Shown here piece by piece: positions 38,402-48,266 of a DNA stretch of 64,000 nt. Numbering within the stretch: the first letter of the stretch is position 1; each line of letters begins with the position of its first letter. Source of the DNA: Chloroflexota bacterium (GTDB lineage Bacteria > Chloroflexota > Dehalococcoidia > Lucifugimonadales > Australimonadaceae); the NCBI GenBank assembly GCA_027618515.1, contig JAQCEV010000001.1:3005-67004 (forward strand), read 5' to 3'. Made by a program: the position numbers and the translations under genes. The notes beneath the pieces are model-generated. The model did no database searches. It was not told the DNA's origin and was given only the letters and a program-made list of their open reading frames with translations.

Positions 38402-39169
38402 TTGTCACCGCCAAGCAATAAGCCGAAACGACTAAGGGCTGACCAACTACTGCTCGATAGAGGGTTTGCGACAAGTTTGGAGCAAGCACGAGCGATGATC
38501 CTGGCGGGGGAAGTGTCCTCTGCGTCGCGTCGCATCGAGAACGCGGGGCAATCATTACTTGGGGACACTATGTTGTCAGTCCGCCAGCGCCCGCGCTTCG
38601 TGGGACGAGGCGGGGAGAAGTTGGCAGGCGCGTTGGATGCGTTCGGGCTTGATGTCGCCAGCATGGTGGGACTCGACGTCGGTGCGTCGACCGGCGGGTT
38701 CACGGATTGCCTGCTGCAGAGCGGCGCCACGCGGATGTACGCGGTGGATGTTGGCCGAGGGCAATTGGCAGAGCGATTACGCAACGACCCCCGGGTGAAG
38801 TCGTTCGAGCGTATGAACGCGCGCCATCCCTACCCGCTGCCCGAACTGGTGGACATCGCGGTGATGGATGTGTCGTTCATCTCACTGCTCGTGGTTTTGC
38901 CAGAGACGATCGCGCACGTGAAGCAAGGAGGGCTAGTGGTGGCGTTGGTCAAGCCGCAATTCGAAGCGGCGAAGAATCAGGTCGGACCCAAAGGAGTGGT
39001 GAGCGACCCGGCGGTCCACGCGGACGTGATCGGTAAGGTTTGCTTATGGGTAGCAGAACGGCCAGGGATACGGCTCGTTGGGGTACGGCGATCTGTTCTG
39101 CAGGGTGACGAGGGCAATCGCGAGTTCTTCGTGGCGTTGCGCGTGACGGGGGCCACAGGCGGTGGCTAG
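38402..39169 (+). CDS. tlyA: TlyA-family rRNA 2'-O-methyltransferase
   Basis: S4 domain, FVGRGGEKL, DVGASTGGFTD, DVSFISL, LVKPQFEA and GNREF motifs. Confidence 0.95.
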   Translation: MSPPSNKPKRLRADQLLLDRGFATSLEQARAMILAGEVSSASRRIENAGQSLLGDTMLSVRQRPRFVGRGGEKLAGALDAFGLDVASMVGLDVGASTGGFTDCLLQSGATRMYAVDVGRGQLAERLRNDPRVKSFERMNARHPYPLPELVDIAVMDVSFISLLVVLPETIAHVKQGGLVVALVKPQFEAAKNQVGPKGVVSDPAVHADVIGKVCLWVAERPGIRLVGVRRSVLQGDEGNREFFVALRVTGATGGG

Positions 39170-39306
39170 GCGCGCCTAACTACAAGCCCTTGGAGTGCTG
39201 ACGTGACCCCTTGATTATGGCTGCGTGGTGGCCCTCATTTCACTTGGCGTTCCGCGCGTTACAATGGTAGTGTTCGCCAGCGATCACCACCGCGCGGGGA
39301 GATACC

Positions 39307-40770
39307 TTGGACGACGCCCCACGATTCGCTCTTGATGAGTCCGATAATCCGCACGATGAGTGTGGAGTCGTCGGAGTCCACCTCCCACAGGCCACCGACA
39401 GTGATGCCGCGCAGGTGGCGTTCTACGGCTTGTATGCTCTGCAACACCGCGGGCAAGAGAGCGCAGGCATCGCGGCGTCGGATGGCCGGACTCTTCGCAA
39501 TTTCACGAATGTTGGTTTGGTTTCGAACGCGTTCAGGCAAGAAGACCTGGAACGCTTGCCAGGTCATATCGCGGTCGGGCATACCCGCTACTCAACGACG
39601 GGATCTTCTAGCGCGCTGAACGCGCAGCCTATCCTGGCGCAGGGGCCAGGAGGCGAGATCGCGTTGGCGCACAACGGCAATATCGTCAATGCAGAAGAGA
39701 TGCGCCAGCGGCTCCTAGAGTGGGGAGTTTCGACCACCACCGGCACGGATAGCGAGGTCATCGCACACCTGTTGGCTTGGGCTCCAGGCGAGACGTGGGG
39801 CGAGCGCACCGCTTACTTGATGAAATCGATCAAGGGCGCGTATTCGTTGGTCGTCGCCACGAAGGACACGACGATCGGCATCCGGGATCCTCACGGCGTG
39901 CGGCCGTTGTGCTTGGGCCGATTCTCCAACGGTGGGTGGATCATCGCATCGGAGAGTGCCGCGCTGGATCATATCGGCGCGCAGTTCGTACGCGAGGTCG
40001 ATCCCGGCGAGACTGTGGTGATCGACCGTGACGGCCTCGTCAGCGTCCCGAATCCACTGCCTCAGGAACGCATCGCTCATTGCGTTTTCGAGCACATCTA
40101 CTTCGCCCGCCCCGATTCCACGCTGGACGGACGCCTCGTGCATATGTCGCGTACGCGTATGGGCGCAGCCTTGGCGAAGGAACACCCCGTTGAAGCTGAC
40201 GTGGTGATCTCGATCCCTGAGTCGGCCAACTCTGCGGCGGTCGGGTACGCAAGAGCATCAGGAATCCCCTTCGAGCTTGGACTCGTAAAGAATCGCTACG
40301 TGGGCCGGACGTTCATCGAACCGGACCAACGGTTCCGTGATCTTGGGGTGCGGAACAAGTTCAACCCGCTACCCGAAGTGCTGGCCGGTAAGCGAGTGGT
40401 GGTGGTGGACGACAGCATCGTTCGTGGAACGACGACACCGCGCATCGTTCAGCTACTCAAGCGAGCAGGCGCAGCAGAGATACACGTACGCGTGTGCGCG
40501 CCACCGATCAAGAATCCCTGCCATTTCGGCGTGGACATGGCCACGAAAGACGAGTTCATCGCTTCCGGTCGGACGGTCGACGAGATCCGAGAGATCATCG
40601 GCGCCGACTCGCTGGGTTACCTGAGCACGGAAGCCCTGCACGATGCGGTTGGTGGAGACAGTACGGGCTCGCGCTTCTGCGATGCCTGCTTCACGGGCAA
40701 TTACCCGATCCCGATCCAACTGCAGATGGACAAGCTCTCCCTGGAACGAACTCTGACGCAGGGCGAATAG
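39307..40770 (+). CDS. purF: Amidophosphoribosyltransferase
   Basis: HDECGV propeptide, LQHRGQES, GHTRYST, CVFEHIYFARPDS, VDDSIVRGTT and CDACFTG motifs. Confidence 0.98.
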   Translation: MDDAPRFALDESDNPHDECGVVGVHLPQATDSDAAQVAFYGLYALQHRGQESAGIAASDGRTLRNFTNVGLVSNAFRQEDLERLPGHIAVGHTRYSTTGSSSALNAQPILAQGPGGEIALAHNGNIVNAEEMRQRLLEWGVSTTTGTDSEVIAHLLAWAPGETWGERTAYLMKSIKGAYSLVVATKDTTIGIRDPHGVRPLCLGRFSNGGWIIASESAALDHIGAQFVREVDPGETVVIDRDGLVSVPNPLPQERIAHCVFEHIYFARPDSTLDGRLVHMSRTRMGAALAKEHPVEADVVISIPESANSAAVGYARASGIPFELGLVKNRYVGRTFIEPDQRFRDLGVRNKFNPLPEVLAGKRVVVVDDSIVRGTTTPRIVQLLKRAGAAEIHVRVCAPPIKNPCHFGVDMATKDEFIASGRTVDEIREIIGADSLGYLSTEALHDAVGGDSTGSRFCDACFTGNYPIPIQLQMDKLSLERTLTQGE

Positions 40771-40782
40771 CCGCAGTAGCCA

Positions 40783-41874
40783 TTGGCGACCCAGTACCCT
40801 CCCCACACCATCACCCGCCTGCGGGAACTTGTCAGTGCGCTCCCTGATGCTGATCGCGCACGCTTCGAGCGTGTGTACGAGGTTTCAACAGCGGAAGGTC
40901 GACTTCACGCGCCGGATGCGATGGTTCCGTGGATAGAGAGTACTTTCGGCGAGCTGGCCTCGGTCCAGACGCAACGTATCGTTCGTGTGTCCAACCTCGT
41001 AACGGGCGAGGGGACACTGTTCAACGAACTCCGTGCTCGACGGCCAGTGCGATCCGCGCTCCAGACGGAGAGCGGGCTGGGGTCAGCGTTGCAGGATGAT
41101 CCTTGGGCGAACCCGATCCACGCGACGCCCGAAGATACATTCGGTAGGCTGTCCAACGCTCATGGCGTAACGGCGGCGAACGTCGCGAAATACGACGCGG
41201 TGCACAGCATCATCGTGTTTTCCGAGCCGGACCCGCTCGCGTTCACGCGGGAGTCGGTCGTTGCACACTTAGCCCTAGCGCATGATTGGCTGCGGGCAGC
41301 ACACCATGACGATGTGGGGGCCCGGTACCCGTATATCATGTGGAACTGTCTCTGGCGCGCTGGCGGTTCGATCGTTCACGGGCACACACAAGTGTCACTC
41401 GCGCGCGGTCGTCACTACGCGAAGATCGAGCGCCTGCGAGCGGACGCGCTGCGCTACCGGGAGGCCAACGGCGTCTCCTATTTCGATGATCTGGCAGCCA
41501 TCCATGCTTCGCTGGGACTGGCCCATCAGGTGGGCGGTGTGAGCGTGCTCGCGAATCTGACCCCGCTGAAAGAGAAAGAGTGCATCTTGATCGCGAACGC
41601 GGCCGATGGCGCGCTGGGTGGCGCGCTCTTCGATGTGCTTCGCGTGTACCGCAACGCATTAGGCGTGCGATCGTTCAACGTGGGGATGCTGCTCCCTCCG
41701 ATGGCTGAGACCAAGGAGTCCTGGGAAGGGTTCCCGGTCGTAGTGAGAGTTGTGGATAGAGGTAGTCTCGAAACAAGAACCAGTGATATCGGCGGGATGG
41801 AGATGTTTGCGGAGTCGGTCGTTGCGGCCGACCCGTTCGCGGTTCATCAGGCCTTGGTTACCGAGGGAGCGTAG
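40783..41874 (+). CDS. GalT/HIT-superfamily-like nucleotidyltransferase of unknown substrate
   Basis: WNCLWRAGGSIVHGHTQ (HxHxQ), FNELRARRP and ANVAKYD motifs. Confidence 0.7.
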   Translation: MATQYPPHTITRLRELVSALPDADRARFERVYEVSTAEGRLHAPDAMVPWIESTFGELASVQTQRIVRVSNLVTGEGTLFNELRARRPVRSALQTESGLGSALQDDPWANPIHATPEDTFGRLSNAHGVTAANVAKYDAVHSIIVFSEPDPLAFTRESVVAHLALAHDWLRAAHHDDVGARYPYIMWNCLWRAGGSIVHGHTQVSLARGRHYAKIERLRADALRYREANGVSYFDDLAAIHASLGLAHQVGGVSVLANLTPLKEKECILIANAADGALGGALFDVLRVYRNALGVRSFNVGMLLPPMAETKESWEGFPVVVRVVDRGSLETRTSDIGGMEMFAESVVAADPFAVHQALVTEGA

Positions 41875-41876
41875 AC

Positions 41877-42620
41877 GTGGCATCCGTTGATGTGGTGATA
41901 CCAGTACTGAACGAAGAACACTCGCTTCCCAGGTGCATCGAGCAACTGCGCGATTCCCTGAGTACGTCGCTGCCGCAACACCAGTGCAGGATCGTCGTTG
42001 CCGACAATGGGTCGACCGACGGTACGTTGGATGTGGCGAAGGCTGAAGCGAGCGCACACCCCGCGCAGGTGGCGTACGTGCATCTCGACGTTCGCGGGCG
42101 CGGGCGAGCGCTGCGCAAGGCTTGGCTGGAGAGCGACGCGGACGTAGTGAGTTACATGGACGTGGATCTCTCAACCGGGCTGGACGCGTTCCCGGCGATG
42201 GTGAACGGGATCGTTGAAGATGGCTATCACGTTGCGTTTGGGAGCAGGCTGGCGAAGGGTGCTCACATCAAGCGATCTCCGAAGCGCGAGGTGATCTCGC
42301 GGACGTACAACCTGATGATACGAGCGCTGATGCAGACCCGGTTCCGGGACGCACAGTGCGGTTTCAAGGCGCTCAGTCGCGGCGCGGCCCAAGCGTTGGT
42401 TCCCACCATCGTGAACAATCATTGGTTCTTCGACACTGAACTCTTAGTCATCGCAGAAAAGCGTGGTTTCCGCATGCTTGAGGTCCCGGTTACGTGGGAC
42501 GAGGATGCCGACACTCGCGTCAAGATAATGCCGACGGTCATGGAAGATCTGAAGGGGCTGGCGAGGCTGAGATGGGGGGGTATCCCTGAAGTCGAGCCTC
42601 CCAAGGGGCTGCGAGAGTGA
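41877..42620 (+). CDS. GT2 glycosyltransferase (polyprenol/dolichol-phosphate glycosyltransferase-like)
   Basis: VVIPVLNEE, DNGSTDGT, YMDVDLST, DAQCGFKA and WFFDTELL motifs. Confidence 0.92.
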   Translation: MASVDVVIPVLNEEHSLPRCIEQLRDSLSTSLPQHQCRIVVADNGSTDGTLDVAKAEASAHPAQVAYVHLDVRGRGRALRKAWLESDADVVSYMDVDLSTGLDAFPAMVNGIVEDGYHVAFGSRLAKGAHIKRSPKREVISRTYNLMIRALMQTRFRDAQCGFKALSRGAAQALVPTIVNNHWFFDTELLVIAEKRGFRMLEVPVTWDEDADTRVKIMPTVMEDLKGLARLRWGGIPEVEPPKGLRE

Positions 42621-42690
42621 ACCAGCGTGCGAACGGCAATCGCAGAGTAGATAATGGAAGGCGTACGAACCTCCTTTTGCAGGCCAACAG

Positions 42691-43689
42691 ATGACTCAAC
42701 GTAATCCCGCATTCGAAGTCCGCCCGTCGGTTATCACCGGCGATACGGCTGACGTATACCTCCACCGCACCCAGCGGGTGCTCCGCAACGAGGGCATAAA
42801 CCCGACCGTGGTGATGCAATTTTCCGCCACCAACGAGGGAACGCTATGCGGTTCGATGGAGGTTCGGGCAGTCCTGAGCAAGGTCGCATCTGAGGGCAAT
42901 CGCGAGGTCTGGGCAGTTGAAGAAGGGCAGCAGATCGCCAGAGGCGAGGTCTGCCTGACGGTGAAGGCCCCGTACTCCAGCTTCGGCCTTTACGAGACAG
43001 CGATCTGCGGGATACTGGCGCACCACTCAGGCTGGGCTACTGCCGCACATGCGTTGACGGCAGAAGCCGGTAATATCCCGGTCGTCAACGTCGGGGCGCA
43101 CAACGTGCACCCGTCTGTGGCTCCGGTCATGGACTACGCTGCCGTCGTCGGCGGGTGCCTGAGCGGCTCAACGGTACTCGGGTCCAGGCTCGCCAATAGC
43201 CCTCCCGTCGCCACGGTGTCCGGAGCGCTCGTGCAGCTGATGGGCGACCCCGTGAAAGCGATGCATGCATATGATCGCGCCGTAGCGCCGGATGTGCAGC
43301 GGATCGCCTACATGGATCCGCGGAAGGATCCCGCCGAGCAAGCGGTCGAAGTCGCACGTGCCATGCGGGACCATCTGAACAGCGTTCGTATCGCTCGGAT
43401 GCCTGGGGGTCGCGCCGTAGACACGGAAACGCTCATGGAGGTTCGCCGTCGGCTTGACGGGATCGGCGCGCGCCACGTCAGCATCGTGCTCAGCGGACGG
43501 TTATCGCCAGAGCGTATACGGAAGCACCTAGACGAGGGCGCACCGATCGACGTGTTCCACGACAACGGGTACATCTCATCCGCGAATCCCCTGTCGTTCC
43601 TGCCGAACATCCTGACGATCAGCGATAAGTTGGTTCCTCAGGAAACTGAGCCACTTCCGCCCAACTCGCGGCTGGTGCGGGTGCTCTAA
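42691..43689 (+). CDS. Nicotinate phosphoribosyltransferase-fold protein with degenerate catalytic motifs
   Basis: TADVYL, YETAICGILA..SGWATAA and VHPSVA..MDYAA match archaeal/Dehalococcoidia-type NAPRT; active-site motifs are altered. Confidence 0.8.
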   Translation: MTQRNPAFEVRPSVITGDTADVYLHRTQRVLRNEGINPTVVMQFSATNEGTLCGSMEVRAVLSKVASEGNREVWAVEEGQQIARGEVCLTVKAPYSSFGLYETAICGILAHHSGWATAAHALTAEAGNIPVVNVGAHNVHPSVAPVMDYAAVVGGCLSGSTVLGSRLANSPPVATVSGALVQLMGDPVKAMHAYDRAVAPDVQRIAYMDPRKDPAEQAVEVARAMRDHLNSVRIARMPGGRAVDTETLMEVRRRLDGIGARHVSIVLSGRLSPERIRKHLDEGAPIDVFHDNGYISSANPLSFLPNILTISDKLVPQETEPLPPNSRLVRVL

Positions 43690-43716
43690 CCCCCGGCTAC
43701 GCCATGAACGTGCGGG

Positions 43717-44355
43717 CTACGCCTCGACGATGTACGTTCCCAGAGCGAACCCAGCGTCATTGGTCAGCGCGGCTACGCTGGTGACGGGCTTTTCCAGATC
43801 AGCGAACGATCCACCCGAAACGGCGAACTCAGCCGCGCCAGCCGCAGTGCTTGCGTCAAACACGCTCACCTGGCTGTCACGGACGTCGTCCGCTTCGTAG
43901 GTCGCGATGTACTGCGCTCGCCCCACCTGTAGATCAACCTCGTGCACAACCAGCGCGTCCTTCCGAACGATGGCGAGCCAACCTCTGTCTCCGCGACGTG
44001 GCACTGCTGCTGCGATGCGTGGGGTGTTGAAGTCGTCCTTCTCGTAATCGAGAGCGAGCAGCGAGAGGGCCATGGCTTCGCGGATGGGCATCCCAAGAGC
44101 GACCTTCTCGACGATGGGATCCGTGTGGCTGCCGTTGGTGGCGATGGCCCAGTCCCCTACGAGTCGTAGGGCGTTATAGGCGATATAGGGGTTCTTGTTC
44201 AGATCGGTCTCGAACCCGGGGCGAGGCACCACGGCCAAGGTTCCATTATTGTCGACGGCCTGGCGATTGGGGAATGATCGACTGGAGACGCGGTACATGA
44301 CTGCGTTCGCTCCTGCAGCGTTCTTCCCGACGGCTACGATTCTTCCAACGTACAT
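43717..44355 (-). CDS. purO: Archaeal-type IMP cyclohydrolase PurO
   Basis: MYVGRIVAVG, YRVSSRSFPNR, NPYIAYN, TNGSHTD and DYEKDDFNTPRIA signature motifs. Confidence 0.92.
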   Translation of the reverse strand: MYVGRIVAVGKNAAGANAVMYRVSSRSFPNRQAVDNNGTLAVVPRPGFETDLNKNPYIAYNALRLVGDWAIATNGSHTDPIVEKVALGMPIREAMALSLLALDYEKDDFNTPRIAAAVPRRGDRGWLAIVRKDALVVHEVDLQVGRAQYIATYEADDVRDSQVSVFDASTAAGAAEFAVSGGSFADLEKPVTSVAALTNDAGFALGTYIVEA

Positions 44356-44394
44356 CTGTTTTCTTCTCGCTCGTGTTGCTTGGGGTTCTGTTGC

Positions 44395-45411
44395 CTAGCC
44401 AAGGGCCAGGCTAGGCGTCGCGTCCAGGGCCATCCCGTGGGTCACGCCACGGATAAATCGATAGTAGCCTGCCGCACCGATCATGGATCCATTATCGGTG
44501 CACAGCTTGGGTGCCGGGATGATCACGGGCACGGGCGCTTGGCGGCACGCCTCGCGGAGGGGTCCGTTGGCCGAGACGCCTCCACCCAGGACGAGGCCCT
44601 TCGCTCCGTAACGTTTGACGGCGGCGATGGCCTTGGTGGCGATGACATCGACAACAGCGTCCTGGAACGCAGCAGCGATATCGGCGACTAGGGTGGCATC
44701 CGCTCCTGCTTCGGGCGCTGGGTAGACGCCAAGCTCCTGCGCCTTGTGGAGCACGGCGGTCTTGAGCCCCGAGAAGCTGAAATCCAGGGAGTCGCCAAGC
44801 CATGCTCGGGGGAGCTTGAACGATGGCGTGATGCCCTCAGCGGTTCGCTGGACCACCGGGCCGCCGGGGTAACCAAGTCCAAGGATGCGACCTGCTTTAT
44901 CGAAGGCCTCGCCTGCCGCGTCGTCACGGGTACGACCAACGACTTCGTAGTCACCGTGGCCTCGCATGACGATGAGATCGGTGTGGGCGCCTGATGCGAT
45001 GAGCACGATGAGGGGGAAGCCAGGGTCTACGGCGGGATCGGTGCCACCGAGCCACGCGGCGTAGGTGTGGCCTTCCAGGTGGTGCACGCCCACCAAGGGT
45101 AAGTCTCGCGCATAGGCGATAGCCTTCGCGGTGTTGACGCCGACCATGAGTGAACCCATGAGCCCAGGCCCCTGCGTCACGGCGACGACATCGATAGCGT
45201 CCAACGTGACTTCGGCTTTAGCAAGCGCGCCTTCGAGAACAGGGACGATCTGCAGGAGGTGCTGCCGCGAGGCGACTTCGGGTACGACCCCTCCATAGCG
45301 CGCGTGGATGGCGACCTGCGAGGAGACGACATCGGACAAAACACGAATGCCGTCTTCGACGACGGCAGCTGCGGTTTCATCACATGAGCTTTCGATTCCA
45401 AGAACCAGCAT
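44395..45411 (-). CDS. tsaD: tRNA N6-adenosine threonylcarbamoyltransferase
   Basis: LGIESSCDETAAA, GGVVPEVASRQH, HHLEGH, DDAAGEAFDK and CTDNGSMI motifs. Confidence 0.98.
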   Translation of the reverse strand: MLVLGIESSCDETAAAVVEDGIRVLSDVVSSQVAIHARYGGVVPEVASRQHLLQIVPVLEGALAKAEVTLDAIDVVAVTQGPGLMGSLMVGVNTAKAIAYARDLPLVGVHHLEGHTYAAWLGGTDPAVDPGFPLIVLIASGAHTDLIVMRGHGDYEVVGRTRDDAAGEAFDKAGRILGLGYPGGPVVQRTAEGITPSFKLPRAWLGDSLDFSFSGLKTAVLHKAQELGVYPAPEAGADATLVADIAAAFQDAVVDVIATKAIAAVKRYGAKGLVLGGGVSANGPLREACRQAPVPVIIPAPKLCTDNGSMIGAAGYYRFIRGVTHGMALDATPSLALG

Positions 45412-45558
45412 GACCAATCGAGGCTAGCACACCAAGGCCGGTTGCAGGTCTGGCGCGAGCCTGATTCAGAGGAACGTGCGAGGCCCTGTGCTACCATCGC
45501 TGGCATTCCGTTCACGAGCGGCCGGAACGACAGAGTTCAGGCCGAAAGGGGATCTGAC

Positions 45559-46830
45559 ATGATCGGCGAAGTGGGGACAGCGAGCGTTGTCGTCCTGGTA
45601 ACGTTCTTGTTGCTTTCCGCGTTCTTCTCAGGTGCTGAAGCCGCGCTCCTTTCCGTCCAACGCATCCGTATCCAGCAGCTGGCCCGCAGCGGGGTGCCAG
45701 GTGCGGCGCGTGTCGCCAAGCTGGTAGACCGCCCCGATCGCCTCCTGCCTCCCATCCTCTTAGGCAACAATCTCGCTAATACTGCGGCCGCGGCGTTGGC
45801 CACGTCGATCGCCATCTCGATGTTGGACGACGAGGGCGAGGCCATCTTGATCGCGACAGCGGTGGTGACGGTAGTGTTGCTGATCTTCGGCGAGACCATC
45901 CCCAAGACGGCAGCGGCTCGTCATGCCGAGCGCGCATCGATCATCGTGGCTATCCCGATCGTAGGCATCAGTTGGCTACTCCGGCCCGTTTCGTTCGTCC
46001 TTCAAGCCATCTCCAACAGTGTGATCAGGCTCTTGGGGTCAGACCCGCACCTGCACACGACCGTCACCGAGGAAGAGATCAAGGCGATGGTGTCGTACGG
46101 GCATGAGAAAGGGGCAGTGGAGTACGGCGAGGCCGAGATGATCATGCGGGTGCTGGAGTTCGGCGACGGGCAGGCCCGTGAGGGGATGACGCCGCGCCCC
46201 GAGATCGTTTGGGTTGAACAGGGGATTTCGATCCAGCAGTTCCTGGCGCTTTACAGCGAGAACTATCACACGCGATTCCCCGTATACCAAGGCACCGTGG
46301 ACAACGTAGTCGGCTTGGTTGCCGTGAAGGACGTGATGCGGTTGCTCGCTGATGGCGCAGACCAAGCTTCACCCGCCACATCACGGGTGCGGCCAGCAGT
46401 GTTCGTCCCAGAGACCAAACGGATCCAGGATCTATTCGACGAGATGCGGGCCAGCGGTGAGCAGATCGCCATGATCGCGGACGAGTACGGCGGTGTAGCA
46501 GGCCTCGTAACACTCAAGCGCTTAGTGGAAGACATCGTAGGGCGTGTCGGTGGCGAGGACGAGTTTGCTCCTATCGGGGTTGTTGTGGTCGACGAATGGA
46601 CGTTCGACCTGGACGCGAGCCTGTCCATCCCTGAGGTCAATGAGCGATTACAGTTTGCGATTCCAATGGGCGATTACGAAACACTGGCTGGGTTCTTGCT
46701 TGGGCAACTGGGCAAGGTTCCCGAGGTCGGGGATGAACTCGCCTGCGCGAACCTACGGTTCACGATCACGGCGATGCACGGCGTTCGAATCTCACGCGTA
46801 CGCGTCGTGTCAGCAGCGGTGGCGGGGTAA
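45559..46830 (+). CDS. HlyC/CorC (CNNM) family CBS-domain membrane protein
   Basis: SAFFSGAEAA, LLGNNLAN, FGETIPK, MTPR, CBS pair, DEYGGVAG and a CorC domain. Confidence 0.93.
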   Translation: MIGEVGTASVVVLVTFLLLSAFFSGAEAALLSVQRIRIQQLARSGVPGAARVAKLVDRPDRLLPPILLGNNLANTAAAALATSIAISMLDDEGEAILIATAVVTVVLLIFGETIPKTAAARHAERASIIVAIPIVGISWLLRPVSFVLQAISNSVIRLLGSDPHLHTTVTEEEIKAMVSYGHEKGAVEYGEAEMIMRVLEFGDGQAREGMTPRPEIVWVEQGISIQQFLALYSENYHTRFPVYQGTVDNVVGLVAVKDVMRLLADGADQASPATSRVRPAVFVPETKRIQDLFDEMRASGEQIAMIADEYGGVAGLVTLKRLVEDIVGRVGGEDEFAPIGVVVVDEWTFDLDASLSIPEVNERLQFAIPMGDYETLAGFLLGQLGKVPEVGDELACANLRFTITAMHGVRISRVRVVSAAVAG

Positions 46831-46850
46831 CGCCATGGAGTACCACATAC

Positions 46851-48266
46851 ATGGAGTCTTCGCCATCGTGGCAGAAGCCAGCGACGCTCCGACTAGGCCA
46901 GCTCGTCCTGACGGTAGTTCGGCGCAACGACAGCAAGCTGGCCGACGGGCCGATGGTGCTCGCCGTGTCTGGCGGCACTGACTCGCTGGCCATGCTGCTG
47001 GCGACCGCGACTATTCGCGAGTCGCTGGGGCGCGAGATAGTGGTGGCACATTTCTCCCACGGTCTGCGCAAGAGCGCCGAGAAGCGCGAGGCGGCGTTGG
47101 TACGCCGGATCGCGCGCGAGCTTGAACTCCCGCTAGAACACGAGCAGGCGTCGACGGGCCGATCCGAGGCATCTGCACGAAACGCACGATATGCGTTCTT
47201 CGGACGTGTGGCGTCGTCACGCGGCGCGGCGTTGGTAGCAACGGCACATACGCTGAATGACCAAGCAGAAACGTTGCTGCTGCGCCTTAGCCGGGGAACC
47301 GGCCTGCGTGGCGCTGGCGCGATGCGTGAACTCTCCCACCGCCGGGTCAATCAAGCCAACGGCGAACAGCTCGGGCTACTACGTCCGATCCTGGGCGCAA
47401 CGCGAGCGGATACCGAAGAGGTTTGTGCGGAGTGGGAGTTGACCCCTGCATCCGACGGTACGAATCGTTCGGTGCGATACGCACGGAATCGAGTACGACG
47501 ACGCGTGCTGCCGGAGCTTGCCGAGATCAACCCCAACGCGGCTGGCGCGCTGGCGGCGTTCGCTGCGACCGCTCAGGAAGACGACGATCTGCTGGCGCAG
47601 TTGGCCGCTGAAGCAGTCGCCGGAGAAGAGCTGCGGGAGCCCACCCGCACCACCTGGCCGGTGCACGTCCTGCGGGTGTTGCCCCCTTCCCTAGTGGCCA
47701 GGGTGCTGCAGTCGGCGTGGGCAGTGCTGCGCGGTGACGGGGCCGCGCTTTCGCGTGCGCAGATCGAGTCGATCAGCCGATTGCTGACGCGCGGGAGCGG
47801 CGCAGTAGATCTAGGTATCGGGGCCACATTCGCGGTGGAGCACGACACGGCGTCGGTGTCGACGACAGCCATCGCGTCCGTTGCGTTCGCGGCGACTCCG
47901 CTGGCCCTGCCTGGGGAAACGATCGTCGAGGGGTGGGCCATCACGACCAGCGCGGGGCTTGCAGACGGTACGATCAGCAACGACGCGTGGCGAGCGACGC
48001 TGGATCTCGACGCGCTAGGCGACGGCCCGTGCGTGCGCTGTCGCATCAGAGGCGATCGCTTTCAGCCGCTGGGGATGAACCAAGAGGTGCGATTGCAGGA
48101 CGTGCTGGTCAACGCGAAGGTTCCGCGCTCCCAACGAGACAACGTGCCGTTGGTGGTCGCTGGTGAGCGGATCGCTTGGGTCGCTGGTGTGCGGATCGCC
48201 GACTGGGCGAAAGTGACGCTGGGCACAACACGATCAGTGGTGATCGAGGTACGACCGGCTAGTTGA
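46851..48266 (+). CDS. tilS: tRNA(Ile)-lysidine synthetase
   Basis: AVSGGTDS, ARNARY, AHTLNDQAETLL, RNRVR and GDRFQPLG motifs. Confidence 0.95.
   Translation: MESSPSWQKPATLRLGQLVLTVVRRNDSKLADGPMVLAVSGGTDSLAMLLATATIRESLGREIVVAHFSHGLRKSAEKREAALVRRIARELELPLEHEQASTGRSEASARNARYAFFGRVASSRGAALVATAHTLNDQAETLLLRLSRGTGLRGAGAMRELSHRRVNQANGEQLGLLRPILGATRADTEEVCAEWELTPASDGTNRSVRYARNRVRRRVLPELAEINPNAAGALAAFAATAQEDDDLLAQLAAEAVAGEELREPTRTTWPVHVLRVLPPSLVARVLQSAWAVLRGDGAALSRAQIESISRLLTRGSGAVDLGIGATFAVEHDTASVSTTAIASVAFAATPLALPGETIVEGWAITTSAGLADGTISNDAWRATLDLDALGDGPCVRCRIRGDRFQPLGMNQEVRLQDVLVNAKVPRSQRDNVPLVVAGERIAWVAGVRIADWAKVTLGTTRSVVIEVRPAS

Noticed and set aside
38402-46830. Virulence haemolysins (TlyA and HlyC names)
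   Set aside because: The motifs indicate an rRNA methyltransferase and a CNNM/CorC Mg-homeostasis protein, both housekeeping.
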